Source: Podarcis gaigeae
Taxonomy: Eukaryota
Strand: one strand, 5' to 3'
Assembly: GCA_964106915.2 (NCBI GenBank)
Contig: OZ066915.1
Length of the DNA stretch: 64,000 bases
Under the pieces are notes generated by a model. That model made no database searches, was not told where the DNA came from, and saw only the letters and a program-made list of their open reading frames with translations. The translations under genes and the position numbers were made by a program. How positions within the stretch are numbered: position 1 is the stretch's first letter; every line of letters begins with the position of its first letter. Of the stretch, positions 1 to 12,300 are shown piece by piece.

Positions 1-677
1 GTGCAACAAGTGCAATCCAATGTTTCTGCAGCCGCACCCCACACCCCTCTATCTTCCATCCAGGCAAGCAAAAGGCACACTTCAAGAACACATTCCAGTC
101 AGTTAAAAGCATTTGATGAGGGGGCAGAGCCACAATGTAGAATAGAGTATGAAGAGTTGTGGTCTGGAAATAATCCCAAAAGACATGAAGGGTCGCATTT
201 GACCACCAGATGTGAGGGTCCTCACTCCTGATCTACAGCCTGAAGGTTGCATAGTAAATAAGTAAGGTTATAATGCCTGTGTCTTCACCTCCAACAGTCT
301 CTTATCGTTTAGGAAAATTAATTTTCGGAAATTTAATTTGTAAGAACAGGTTGCTTTTGGAGAAAACAGAGCTCTTGTAGGCTACACACAACTAATCTGC
401 TTTCCTGCAAAATTTAGTGTACTTTTGTACTACTCTATAAAGAAACTGTCCATCACATTTTAGTATCATATCCCCTACTGTGGTGATTCTAACTCATCTG
501 ATCAGCTATCTCAGGAAAGACCTGTGTCAGGAGTTGTTCTGGCCCGGATACTGTCACCAGGTCTGTTCCTAGAATGGAACTGAGGGGTAGGGCAAGACAG
601 CCAGAACTGACATGGGTCAAATGGGGCTACTCTTTTAGACAGCGCTAACCAGCATAGACAAAACAGCAACTGCATTA

Positions 678-897
678 CAGTGGTACCTCTGGTTACGTAC
701 TTTATTCGTTCCGGAGGTCCGTTCTTAACCTGAAACTGTTCTTAACCTGAAGCACCACTTTAGCTAATGGAGCCTGCCGCCACGCCGCCCCCGCCCAATT
801 TCTGTTCTCATCCTGAAGCAAAGTTCTTAACCTGAGGTACTATTTCTGGGTTAGCGGAGTCTGTAACCTGAAGCGTATGTAACCTGAGGTACCACTG
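678..897. mobile_element. Tc1/mariner-type MITE, copy 1
   Basis: TA-flanked, terminal inverted repeats CAGTGGTACCTC...GAGGTACCACTG, ~220 bp, non-coding; five more close copies in the window. Confidence 0.9.
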
Positions 898-1545
898 TAT
901 ATGGAATGTAACTTGTGCTTGAGCTTGCTTTTCCCTTTCCCTTGTGTGTCATGCATTTTTAAACTATGAGCCTAAGGGTAAGGACCATCTTGGTCCTGAT
1001 TTTTTTAGGTCACTCTTAGAGCCTTTTGGGCAGAATATAAGGTACGGTATAAAAAGCTTAAATAAATAATAAATAAGCAAGTGACAAACTTGTTTACAGA
1101 AGAGAAAGCTCTGGATAAGAGATATGCTTTTGATTCTTACTTAGTGCTTGCAAAGCCTGCAAAGACTTTCATAAGTTATGATGTTTTTTGTACTTCTCAA
1201 ATTATGATTGAAACACAAGTAATTAAAAATGCAACTTCTTCAACAGGCTATATTTTATTTATTTAGTTATAAAAACATTTCAATACTGTATCAAAAAAAA
1301 CCACAGTGTTTTACAGCAATATAAAAAACATAAAACAGACAATAAATAATAAAAAGTTAAAAGCAAAAGGAATTTTAAAAAATCAGTGGCCCATCTTAGG
1401 AGGTGCACTCTTAATTGCCTGCATAAACCTGATGGAATAGAAAAGTTTCCAACAGGCATTTAAAAGTTGGCACAGAAGGCATTCACATGTACATAGCAGC
1501 ATATCAATAAAAGAAGTGCTAGGGATTGTTTGAACATAACATTGT

Positions 1546-2305
1546 TGTCAGGACTGCCGCTAGGTCCCAGCTCACAGAGGACCAACGCCCAGTGGATATT
1601 ATATACAAAAGTCTTTATTGAAGTTTAGTTTCCATTTCCAAGCTCTGGGCGCGCAGGCCCACGTCTTAACGCTAGACCGGCTAAGTCCCCTCTGACTCAC
1701 TGCTCCACCCACACCAGTTTAAGATTCTAGCCCGGCTCCACCTCTTGCGCTGCTCTTTCCTGCGTTGGGTCCTTCTGCCCTCTGGGGTTCCCTCCTTCCT
1801 GGACTCCTCTGACGCGGAGCCTCCTGAGTCTTGCCCCTCCCTCCGGCGGGCTTTAGGACCTGGCTCCCTTCCCGGGCTCCCCGCTGTGCCGCGCTCCTGT
1901 ACATTTGAACTTGGCGCGCGCGCCCAGCCGGTGACTTTCCTTCTGACCGTTTCCCCGCTTCCTGATGTGGGTGTTGCCAAACCTGACTCCTCTCCTCCCT
2001 CTGGTGGTGAGGACACTGGTCCCGACTCCTGGGACTCCCCCTCCCCACTGCGCTCTGGTGGAGACGCTGGCCCTGATCTCCAGCTGCTGTTCAGGGACTC
2101 CCCGCTGGCCCCTCCCTCTTGAGGTTTCTCCCTTGGAATCTCCCTTGCTCTGGCCACCGGCGCTCCCTTCTGTGAGTCCTCCGATTCGCTAGAGAGGCTT
2201 GTGGAATAACTCTGGCCACTGTCACTGCCTGCGCCCCCCTCGTACTCCTCCTCCTCACTCTCCATTTGCTCCCCCTCCTGTGTCTCTCCTTCTGAACCCC
2301 TGACA
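1546..2305 (-). mobile_element. Solo LTR (probably Gypsy-type) in a SAP30L intron
   Basis: Starts TGTCAGG and ends CCTGACA (TG..CA with 7-bp inverted termini); perfect 5-bp TSD ATTGT (1541-1545 / 2306-2310); AATAAA on minus strand near 1614; GC/CpG-rich relative to flanks. Confidence 0.85.
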
Positions 2306-2589
2306 ATTGTATTAACTTTGAATGAAAGTTAAATAAGGATATAGGGTTGCATCCAGAGTTCCCCTCAGTGAGTTGAAGGGCTTCTTCCATTTGCAGAATA
2401 GACTATTGTGGAATAGCGATTCCTGCAGGAGGAAGAGATTTTCACCAATTTTACACTACCACCACCACCCACATTTATCTGAACGGTCCCCCAACACTCT
2501 GGAGCATGGGACCTGCAGGTGAGAAGGGTAACTGGTGAAAATTTATCTCCCTCCCTCCAGCAGCCTATGAGCAAGTTAGAAACCAAGGC

Positions 2590-2760
2590 AGCTGCCTTAC
2601 GCTGAGTCAGACTATTGGTCCACCTAACTTAGCATTGTCCATGCTGACTTACAGTGGTTCTCCAGGGTTTCAGACAGAAATCGCTCCCAGAACAATCTGG
2701 TTATACTGGAGATGAAATGCATGATTGTCTGTGTGCAAAGCATGTGCTCTACCACTGACC
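2590..2760 (-). mobile_element. Old tRNA-derived SINE remnant
   Basis: Minus strand begins GGTCAGTGGTAGAGCACATGCTTTGCA (tRNA A-box-like); a related body flanks the L1 at ~48295/49240-49335. Confidence 0.55.
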
Positions 2761-3145
2761 TCTGGCTTGCCCTCTCACAGGAACTCTGGATCCAAGCCTT
2801 AATCTTTTAAGAGGGCAAATAAGAATAGTCTAATGTGACCCTGCTGTATCACCAAAGAAATTACTGGGATAGTGTATTCTCATCATTTCACCAATATGGT
2901 GGCTACAATCCAGAGAGTGCATACAAAATGGAGAGACCATTCTGTTGAAAGTACAGGGAAGTAAGGTGCTTGCAGAGCTGTTGGTGTCCCACTATTTATA
3001 TCCTAGTTACCTGTTTTGTGTATCTTGAACAGGAATTCCTTGCCTTAAAACAGGTGATGTTTCTTACTGATTTCTTCTTAGAGTAGATGCATATTTTTAA
3101 AAAGACTATGCCTTTTAACTATCAGTCATGCCATCTTTTTTGCAG

Positions 3146-3244
3146 GTCGACTTGTTTCAACTTCAGGTAAACACACTGCGTCGTTATAAAAGGCATTACA
3201 AGTTGCAAACCAGACCTGGCCTGAATAAAGCTCAGCTGGCAGAA
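3146..3244 (+). CDS. SAP30L: SAP30-like protein, penultimate coding exon (Sin3-interacting region)
   Basis: tttttgcag|GTC acceptor, GAA|gtaagt donor; 99 nt = [33 protein letters not shown], with SAP30L-type residues (DLF, HYKLQ, QLAE). Earlier exons lie upstream of the window. Confidence 0.97.
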
Positions 3245-4601
3245 GTAAGTTGGCTAGCAAGCTTCTGTGCTTTCATTATATGAACCGTGCTTACCCACCA
3301 CAACCAAACCTATTTATTTTTATTATAGTAATGCTGACTTGTAATTGTAGCTACTTATTGTAGCTATACATTGTCAGTATGACACCACTGCCTTCAACTG
3401 TATACTTAACATTTCTCAAAGGGTAAAATGTGAAAGGACCTGGAATGCTCCAGCTAATAAAGTAAGCTGATTTTCTTCTCTTATTGTTCAAGTTTTTTGA
3501 GGGGAGAAAACCACCACCAAATAACATTCTTTTGTTTACATATGTTGCATCAGTCACATGTCATATTAATCCATAGTTTAAATTAAACTATTGTTTAATA
3601 TGAAAGAGTAGCATGCCTGTGCACATCACATTCCTCAAGTCCCTGTGATGCTACCCCACTGCTCCTTGCTTTCCTGAACAAAGGAAAACAGTCTAGAGGC
3701 TGGTCTGCCATTACATATGAACCAGTGTTTATGGTTTGTTTTACTAACAAAATATGATTGTAAGTTGAGGTTTGTTCTTAATTTACTTTTGCCTGTGTCT
3801 GTGTCTTTTGCCTGGCACAGGAGCATTGACAGTTAACAAATTGAGGATTTGATTCAGTTCTTGAAAGTGTTGGCCAGTACCTAAATTACAGGTCCATTAA
3901 AAAGAAACTTGAGGGAACTGTTGGCAAAAGCACATGTTCGTTTAAGGAAATTGTGCTTTTCTTCCAGGCCATGCTTTTTTTTACCAACACCAAACATTAT
4001 TATCATTATTAATAAAATTGTACACCGCCCTTCATCTGAAGATCACAGGGGCAGTTCACAACATCAAAATACAAAATGAGAACCCAAAATACAAAGTACA
4101 AACCAATACCCTCCTCTCACAAACACCAGGCTATCAACCAGGCTTGAAGTTTTGTATGATTTATCAGCTGACATCTATAATTGTTCAAGTGAGCAATCTC
4201 TGTTTTACACTGTAGGTCATTATGTTTCTCAGGGGCTTCTGCAAGGTGTTGTTATGTGTGCTATAGGTTCATTTTCTGCTTTGCATGTCATAGGAAATAT
4301 CAACTGTCGTTTCTCCTTAGCGTTCCATGAAATATTGAGATGAAAAGAAATTTCAAGCACATTCAACATGCAGTAGACCTTGGAGAGCCAGCTGTGACTA
4401 AACCACAGCCAAGGGATAGGGAGCCTGTGGTCCAGATGAAGTCCAGATGTTGGACTATAACCCCATGGTCCCTGACTATTGTCCTGGCTTATGGGAATTG
4501 GGAGTTGAATAACTTCTGGATGACTGCATGTTCTCCATCCCTGCTACAGACCATGTGCTAGCTCTATATTACAAAACTTTCCAATTTTCTTGTCCTTTCA
4601 G

Positions 4602-4727
4602 ACTGTCAGCCGTCACTTCAGGAACATCCCAGTGAATGAGAAAGAGACACTTGCATACTTCATATACATGGTAAAGAGTAACAAGAGTAGGTTGGATCAG
4701 AAGTCAGAAAGTAGCAAACTTGAATGA
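4602..4727 (+). CDS. SAP30L: SAP30-like protein, final coding exon
   Basis: cctttcag|ACT acceptor; TVSRHFRNIPVNEKETLAYFIYMVKSNKSRLDQKSESSKLE-stop(TGA 4725-4727); in phase 0 with the previous exon. Confidence 0.97.
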   Translation, partial: TVSRHFRNIPVNEKETLAYFIYMVKSNKSRLDQKSESSKLE

Positions 4728-7700
4728 AGATCAGGCAGGTTTTGGACACAATCGTATGTGAATTTGAAGAAGCATTGGGTGCATTATGAATACAAAAGAG
4801 TTAACATTTTTGTAAATTTAAGTGCAAACTAGAAATTATACAGAAAACTTTTGGTCCAGAATATTAGAATACATGAATATATGTGATGATTCCAGAATTT
4901 TCAAAGCCTAATACTTGACTGAAGGGATGGAGATCACAGGAAAAATCAAGAAGTCAAATATAATGCCTGTCCACAGGATTAAAATTAATCTCTTGATTAT
5001 AAGTCACATGTGATAAGAGTTCATCATTCTTTCACTGGATCATACCATATCCATATAGGGCTCTAGGACTTACTTGGTCCAGGTCAGGCATGACACTGGA
5101 ATTTTGATTCAAAATCTTGGTCTGGGGTTCCTCTTTTTAAGTGTGGTCACCACTTGTATTTAATACAGGATTACTTGCTTTGAGACTAAATATGTATGGG
5201 TGCTAGAAGTTTTTAAACCTCGCCTTTTTGTATGTATATGGTCTTGATAGAATACTAAAACTGTCCAACTCTGCTTATTTGCTACTGGAACTTCTATTTT
5301 GTGAATTCACAAAAGTTAAAATGTTAAATGTTCAGGTGTTGTTGTTTTTTAAAAAAGCATCATTAGAATTTAGACATGCTATCCAATGCTCTTGCAAAGT
5401 TCAGTGCACAAATTTAATTCTGTTTTTTCACCATACTAAAAATGACTTTATTTAAGTTACTGTGGGCCATTGATCAACATTTAAAGCACCAGATTAACAG
5501 CACAATTTTATATATATCTACTCAGAAGTAAGCCCCATTGAGTTCCACTGGTCTACTTCCAGAAAAATGAGTGTAGGAGTGCAGCCCAGGTCTGTAACCA
5601 AATATTCAGTTATAGACCTAATCTGTTCTTGGTTAGGCAGATATCCATTAGCCTATCTGATGCTTTGACATTTGAATGCACACAATGCAAAACATCAGTT
5701 ATTATGTCAGCAGTTATGATGTCTGCTCACTCTAATTTTTGAAAATGAGAATTAGTGCCAATCCTCTTCTCTCTCCTACATGCAGCCACCGGAAATGTGC
5801 AGTGACAAAGTTACCATTGTTTAAATTTCATGTTGCTCTTCACCTTTTATCCAATCCAGAATCCCTTATGCACTGCACATGTGTACAGCTTCCTCATTTT
5901 CTTCAGTGGAGGAGGCAACACTATGGTCTAAAATAAGTCAACAACTTGTGGCCTGCTAGCTTTGGCTTGCAGGTACCTAACGTCTTATGTCCTGGCCAAC
6001 AACATATACAGGTTATTGACCTCTTGATGGACTGCTTAACATGAATGGTGAACTGTATTTTGCTTAGTAAGTTACATGTTACTCTTGCCTGGTCTAAAGT
6101 AAGTTTTCGCATTTTTTCCCACATTCAACTTAGAGACTATGATCATCATATCAGGCCTGTGCTGCTCTAGTCCTTGACTTTGTTTTATAAAAGCACAGAT
6201 TTAAGCACCTCTGAAATCCATCAGTCTTGTATACAAGTAAGAGGTGAGTGTATGGTGCAAGTTGCTTGCCGAAAATCTATTCCAAAGATAATTTCTCAGA
6301 TGATAAGGTGATAGGCAAGCATTCAAGAGTATTTTGGCATCCTAATAGTAGATCTCTCCCCCACCCCAAACTCATGTTATGCTATGGAGATTAACTGTGT
6401 GAAAAGATACTGCTTAATTCAGCCTTACATTTATTTGTTGTGCAATGCAGCCTTATCTTTTTAAATACTTTTCAATCTGACAAAGCGCATGAAAAAACTA
6501 AAATTGGTCTCAAAGATGCAACACTCATTTGCAATGGTTTGTTTGTTTCTATTGCAAATAGATGCTCAAGAAACAATGGATATGCGTCATGAATACATAT
6601 TCTCTCAATTAATTGGATACCACCATTAAATGTGGTTATTTTCAGGCAGCTTCAGCAAAGGGTATGTCAATTTACCATGTACTTCCAACAGATACACAAA
6701 GTGCTACTTCTCTTTTCACTGGGAAAAGTGAATTGAACTGACCACCAGAACACAATCTTTATAAGCAGAAGCTTGAGGACATAGTTTTTGATTTATCTTC
6801 AGAATATTCATGTTTGCAGTTAGAGGAATTTTGCCATGGTCATCAAAGAGACACACACTGTATGCCTCACTTCTAGACCAAAAATGTACATTTTTTAGTG
6901 TTAGGTCTCATTTTTTGTAAATAAATAACTGCAGGGTTTCAGCAGCCAGCTTCAAAATGACTATGGAAAAATGCAGGTGCTACCCCTTTAGGCATGGCTT
7001 TGGAAATCAAATCAAGGAAATCATTTCCCCAAATAAATTAATTGATGTAAAATGTAATTGTTATTCATTATACAAGCAGATCAGCAATTGCTGATATAAT
7101 TGTTGAGTCCTGTTGTAGTTTAGAGACATCTCTATATGCCTTATTTTCAGCTCGACCAACAAGGGTTGAACAAATGTCATGGCAGACAAAATAAGCCATT
7201 TTCATGGCTTGTCATGCTAGAAAGGAATCCAGCTCACAGCAATATCTATATTCAGGGAGAATCATAGAATCATAGAGTTGGAAGAGACCACAAGGGCCAT
7301 CGAGTCCAACCCCCTGCCAAGCAGGAAAGCCTGTGATTCTTGAACATCTAGTGTAGAATCACCAAAACCGCCATAATGCAGTTGTTTAATGTAATGGCAG
7401 ATTATGCTGCGTGCCATTTAAGGAAATTATCCAATTCCTTGTGGTTTTAATAAAACCTTCATCAGCATTTTTGAGCTTCAAAGGATGTGAAGGGTATTCT
7501 AAAATTAATAGAATATGTGAGAACTTAGTCACATTGACATGTTCGTTCATACAAACTGGTGGGTTGCATTTTATCTTGATTCTTGTCAACTATATAGTTT
7601 ACATGGGGTTTAAGCTAGTCAGCTACGAACTGTGGCTTGGGTGTGACAGTTCACATGTTTAAGATTAGGTATGGGTCATTATATTGCTGACCACAGCTAT

Positions 7701-9380
7701 ACTGAATGAAACTGAACTCCAAGCAAGAAGATCTGTTTGAAACCTTCAAACTCGTTCAAGAACCCACTTAAAGCTAGCAGAAGGGCCATCTTTGTTTTAA
7801 TGGGCTTTGCATCAGAGCCAAAGAACTTAATGTGGCACATCTTCTATAATGAAGTTAACCATCAAATATGGTGGTCCTCGGTGCATTAGTTGTTGTTGTT
7901 ATTGTAGTAGTAGTGCAAGGATTTTTGTTCATCCCTTGAATTGAATGAAGGAAAGAGCAAAGTGATGGGGAATGTGCAATGACAATTATAGCACTGGAAT
8001 GACACTTTTATGAATACATTGTGCAGGAATACATTGTGCAGTTGGTTAAATAGTCAGAAACTAAATCAAGCAAGTCCAAGTGTGTTTCTGCAGTATAAAT
8101 GTTGCATATCAAACTCCTGCACTAAATTTCAGATTTTGTCTTGCAAGGCACATCATGAAATATGATTCAAAAGTTAAGTCCTGCAGTTGTTCTGGCAGAA
8201 CTCCTAAGTCTTAGATTCATAGACTAATTCAATCAAACCTTTTTTTCCCCTGCCACCTGAAATATTTTATCAGTAAATGTATCTGTGTAAACGTCAGCAA
8301 AGCCAAAGTAGCTCATGGCAAGGATATTTTTTCAGATTTTCGAAAGCAGACTTGAAAAGCCATGAGCAAGATATATCCCAGAAATGCAGCAATTGGTGAC
8401 TTGTCTTGAGAGAGAACTTACTAAAACAGTATTTTAAATTTTGTGATAACTATATATTAGCCAAATGCAATTTTTGTGGGGGGTGGGTGGGTTTGGGAGC
8501 CTTGCACTTTACCTCATGTTGATTTTGATAAAGTTGCTAAGACTTAAAAGGCGGACTGTTGTATTCAGTGCACTAGTGTCACTTCGCCCTGTGTGTTGAG
8601 ATGAGGGACTGATGAATCTTTAGGACAGCTATCCTAAAAGAAGTATCTCAGTACTGGAACAATTGATTAAAGGGCCCTGCTATAATGAAGCAGAACATCA
8701 GTGTTCCCTCACTTGTAATATCCCACATGCTCAGTTGTGAATCTAAGGGTGTGCTTGGATTTGTTTGTTTCTTAAAAGTGTGATAGTGGTACAGGATAAT
8801 TCTTGCTCTTCTGTAGAATTTACCTATTCTCATTTATTAATACCTTAGATGTTGAATTTCAAATGTTTCTGGAGGGGAAGGGGCTTATGCCTTAAACTCA
8901 GAATTTCAATGAAATGCTTAGCAATAGTTTTTTCCTGCTGGTTGTTTTTGAGGTGTAGTTTTGGGTTTTTTTCACAATTTTCAAACATGAGCTTATGGAG
9001 TTGCCTTCATCCCTCCATTCCTGTCCTGATACACACTAGAAAAACATGACAACTTACCTGCTTATCTGTGTTTTACACCCCTTTGACATATAACAGGCTT
9101 ACTGGAGGAAAACAACATCCCTTCCCCTTCATTCATTCTGGTGGGCCTTCAATGTCTTGTTCTGATCTTTATGCCAAATGTTTTAGGCAAGCTTTCATTG
9201 TGAAATAATAACTGTGTACTCTTAAAGCAACCTTGTGACTTACAGTGAAACTGTAGAGTTCTTTTCTCTAAGATGTATAGTGTATCCTTCCTTCCACTGT
9301 AAGTTAAAACTCTGTGCTGTTGGACAAAGATGTCAATGCCTGAGGTGCATTTTTAATAAATGATCAGTTTTGCTGGTTGC
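4728..9380 (+). other. SAP30L: Probable long SAP30L 3'UTR
   Basis: AT-rich, TE-poor stretch after the stop; candidate AATAAA at 6920-6925, 9355-9360, 10199-10204 and 10211-10216. The true end is not determinable from sequence. Confidence 0.5.
7260..7327 (-). mobile_element. CR1-type 3' end fragment
   Basis: ATCATAGAATCATAGAG (reverse of the CR1 (ATTCTATG)n tail) followed by the GAGTCCAACCCCCTG hairpin motif. Confidence 0.75.
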
Positions 9381-12300
9381 AGTTTTCCTTGTAAATGTAC
9401 TCATTTATAGGTGTTAATACTATGTTTGCTGAAATCCTCAAATGGTGGGCATAGGAAGACACTTGCTTCACCCATGCGGGAAAAAGCAAAAAAAACTTTT
9501 CTCAACTTCAGAAATTTTGTACTTGACCTGGTCATACCCAGTTGCTTACCAGTATTCCATATTTTGAAAACTGAAAGCTTGGAAGCAAATCATAATATGT
9601 ACCTCATGATGTCTGCCAACTGACTTACAATTTCAAGTGCAAGCAAATACCATCGACAGGCTGAAGAGCAGTTGCCTGGTGGTGCAAAGGAAAAAAGGTG
9701 GCTTCCCTCAATGACAAATAGCAAATGGTGTTGTGACTAAGACTGAGGAGATCAGTGTTGAAGGCCCAGCCAGCCAAGAAGCTCACTTTGTGAATATGGA
9801 TAAGTCGCTATATGGTTCAGCCTATATGGTTCTATGGGTAAAGGTATGGCGTAGAACAAGAGCTGCCCATTTGTGCTGCCCTGAGCAGCTTTTAGGGAGT
9901 GCAGGATATATGCAAACATAAATTAAATAGCATAATTGTGTTTGTGCATAGACTACTAATATATTCCAGGATAAAGTTGTCTTAGTACATATTATAGATT
10001 TTCACTGCATCATCTGAAATCTATGTTGAAATTTGAGTTTAGTCTTATGATAGGCAAAATAGCAATTTGTTTATGTTGACAAGTTTGAACAGGAAGCACT
10101 GCTTGAAAATCTTGTCACAACTATATAGTCAGAATAGGTCACATTTCAGTTGCAGGAATTCATTGAACATTATAGAGAACACAGAGCTCTGTTTTTGAAA
10201 TAAATACATAAATAAAGTACAGTGAAATGCCTGTCCTTGTAAACTTGTCACATTTTTAAATTTATACTCGGTGTTCCAAACCACTTCTATTCTCTTTGGG
10301 CTATTGCTTGTGTTATGTTAGTAATCAGTGATTTTAACTACCCTTTGAGAAATTGTTACCAAGAAGAGCCTTCGAGAATCCACTTAAAGCTGGCAGAAGG
10401 GGCGCCAAGGACAAAGCACACCAAGGATAGTTCAAGTGTGTGCTTCCACTATATAAATGGATTGTTTTCTGAGAGCTTTACATTATAATGCTCATAGCTT
10501 GGTTCTTGGGAATCTTGGGGCAAAGGCATGTAGCTTTCATGCCACCAGTCTCTGAACTGAGTGACTTCTGCATCAGTGTTCTAGACTAGCACATTATAAT
10601 CTGAGTACTGGACTGTGATCATTTTGTATACTTCCCTCCTGTATCCTTTTTCACCATATGAGGGCAGTATCATCTAAGCAAGCACAGCTGGTTTTGCAGC
10701 CTTATAACCTTGGCAGTGTTTGTGCCCCTCCCCTTCCCTCTCAGCCGCAGGTCTGTGTTTTGCTGATTGGGTAAGGAACATTTTCCACAGCTGTTAACAG
10801 GGACTGCAGCCATTTTCCTGTCACAAACAGGACTCTTTCCATAGAAGTGCTTGTCAGATACCGGAAGTAGGATTATGCAGTATTAAGGGATATGAATATC
10901 ATTTTAAAAATCTGGCTTTTTAAAAATGGCCTGGTTGAGAATGAAATGCACTATGCACATTGGATTGGATCCCTGAAGGAGTTCTTTCTCCACCCTTTCC
11001 ATAACGTTTGATAAAAGCCAGGCTTTGATTTTTCTCAGCATCCCTGTTATAAAGGGCAGATTGGAGGATAGTGGAGAACATGAATGGAGATTTAATGGTT
11101 GAGGGTTTATTTTATAGGCAATCTGTTATCAAACAGGCTTGAGTCTATAGTAATAGCTGAGGCTTATATTTTATATTTACCCAGTGTACATAAGAAGGAA
11201 TGACTAATTAGTTTTTCTAAGGCTACTAATTCAAGAGCTGGAGTTGAGTTTATGTCTCCATTGCTTTTGGAGACAGGTTTAGATCTTCCCAGGCTATTAG
11301 AAAGTCTTCCACCACCCTGCCCCCTCCCAGCTTTTCTTAAACTTGCTTTTAAAGCTGCTTTCTAGCATGTATTTTAATTATGTTCCTACAGATTCGGTTT
11401 CTATAGCAGCACAAATGAGGGTGCACTAAAAGGAACAGGAGGAATGAACATAGAAAATGGATTAAACTTTGAGGAATATTATCACCCATATAGGTGCACC
11501 CCAGAGAAGAGGCACATGCCATTGTCTCTCAAGACAGATGTCCCCAGCTAGGCTTTCCTATAAGCACAGGAAGATAGGAAGGCTGTCTACCCTACTCCCA
11601 AAAGCTGTTTATTAGTTGATTATTATTATTATTATTTTAAAGAAGGTAAGGTTAGTGCAGAAAAGGGTCTGTGTGTGATTTCTCTAAGGTTGAGTTTCCA
11701 TTAACAGGAAAATCAGCAAGGTATCAGTCTCAGGCACTGTGTAGCCAGCCTCCCCAGTTGCCTGCAGCTTAGTCAAAAACCAGGGAAACAGCACGGACGG
11801 CCACAGAGCACTACAGACATCTTTTTAATGGAAAAAGAAACACATCCTACTGCAAGGATATGGTGATCTCAACCCTGTACTCACTAAAAGGATAAAGAAA
11901 TTATAAAATGCATTGCGAATGAGGCAGAAAGACAGAAGCTTATTTCAAAGGACAAAATAGTTTTTAACCTTAATCTTTCAAAAATCATAGAGCCATAGAT
12001 TTGAGCTGGATGCCTCCTATATATTGTACAGAAGCAGCACTGTATAAACCCAAACTATTCCTTCTGCTACTGTTTTAATGATAACATTTCCATCATTTCT
12101 GATATATCTGCTTTGTCAAATACTGATTACTTTGTGAAGAATAACCAGGTTCCACAGTGATGACACATTTTGAATGGACCACTTGTGATATGGCTTTCTG
12201 TGCTCCTTGTTGCCATTTGTGAGCTCAGCCAAGCTCAATGTCAATTTGTTGTGGTTACAGTATTGTGTTAGCATTAAGCAGAGTTAGATGGACCTTAGAG

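Noticed and set aside
3146-4727. Assignment to SAP30 (and of the bHLH gene to HAND2)
   Set aside because: Apart from PGLNK, residues (DLF, HYKLQ, TVSRHFRN, YMVKSNKSRLDQK) are SAP30L-type, and the bHLH gene has HAND1-type RTES and [10 protein letters not shown].
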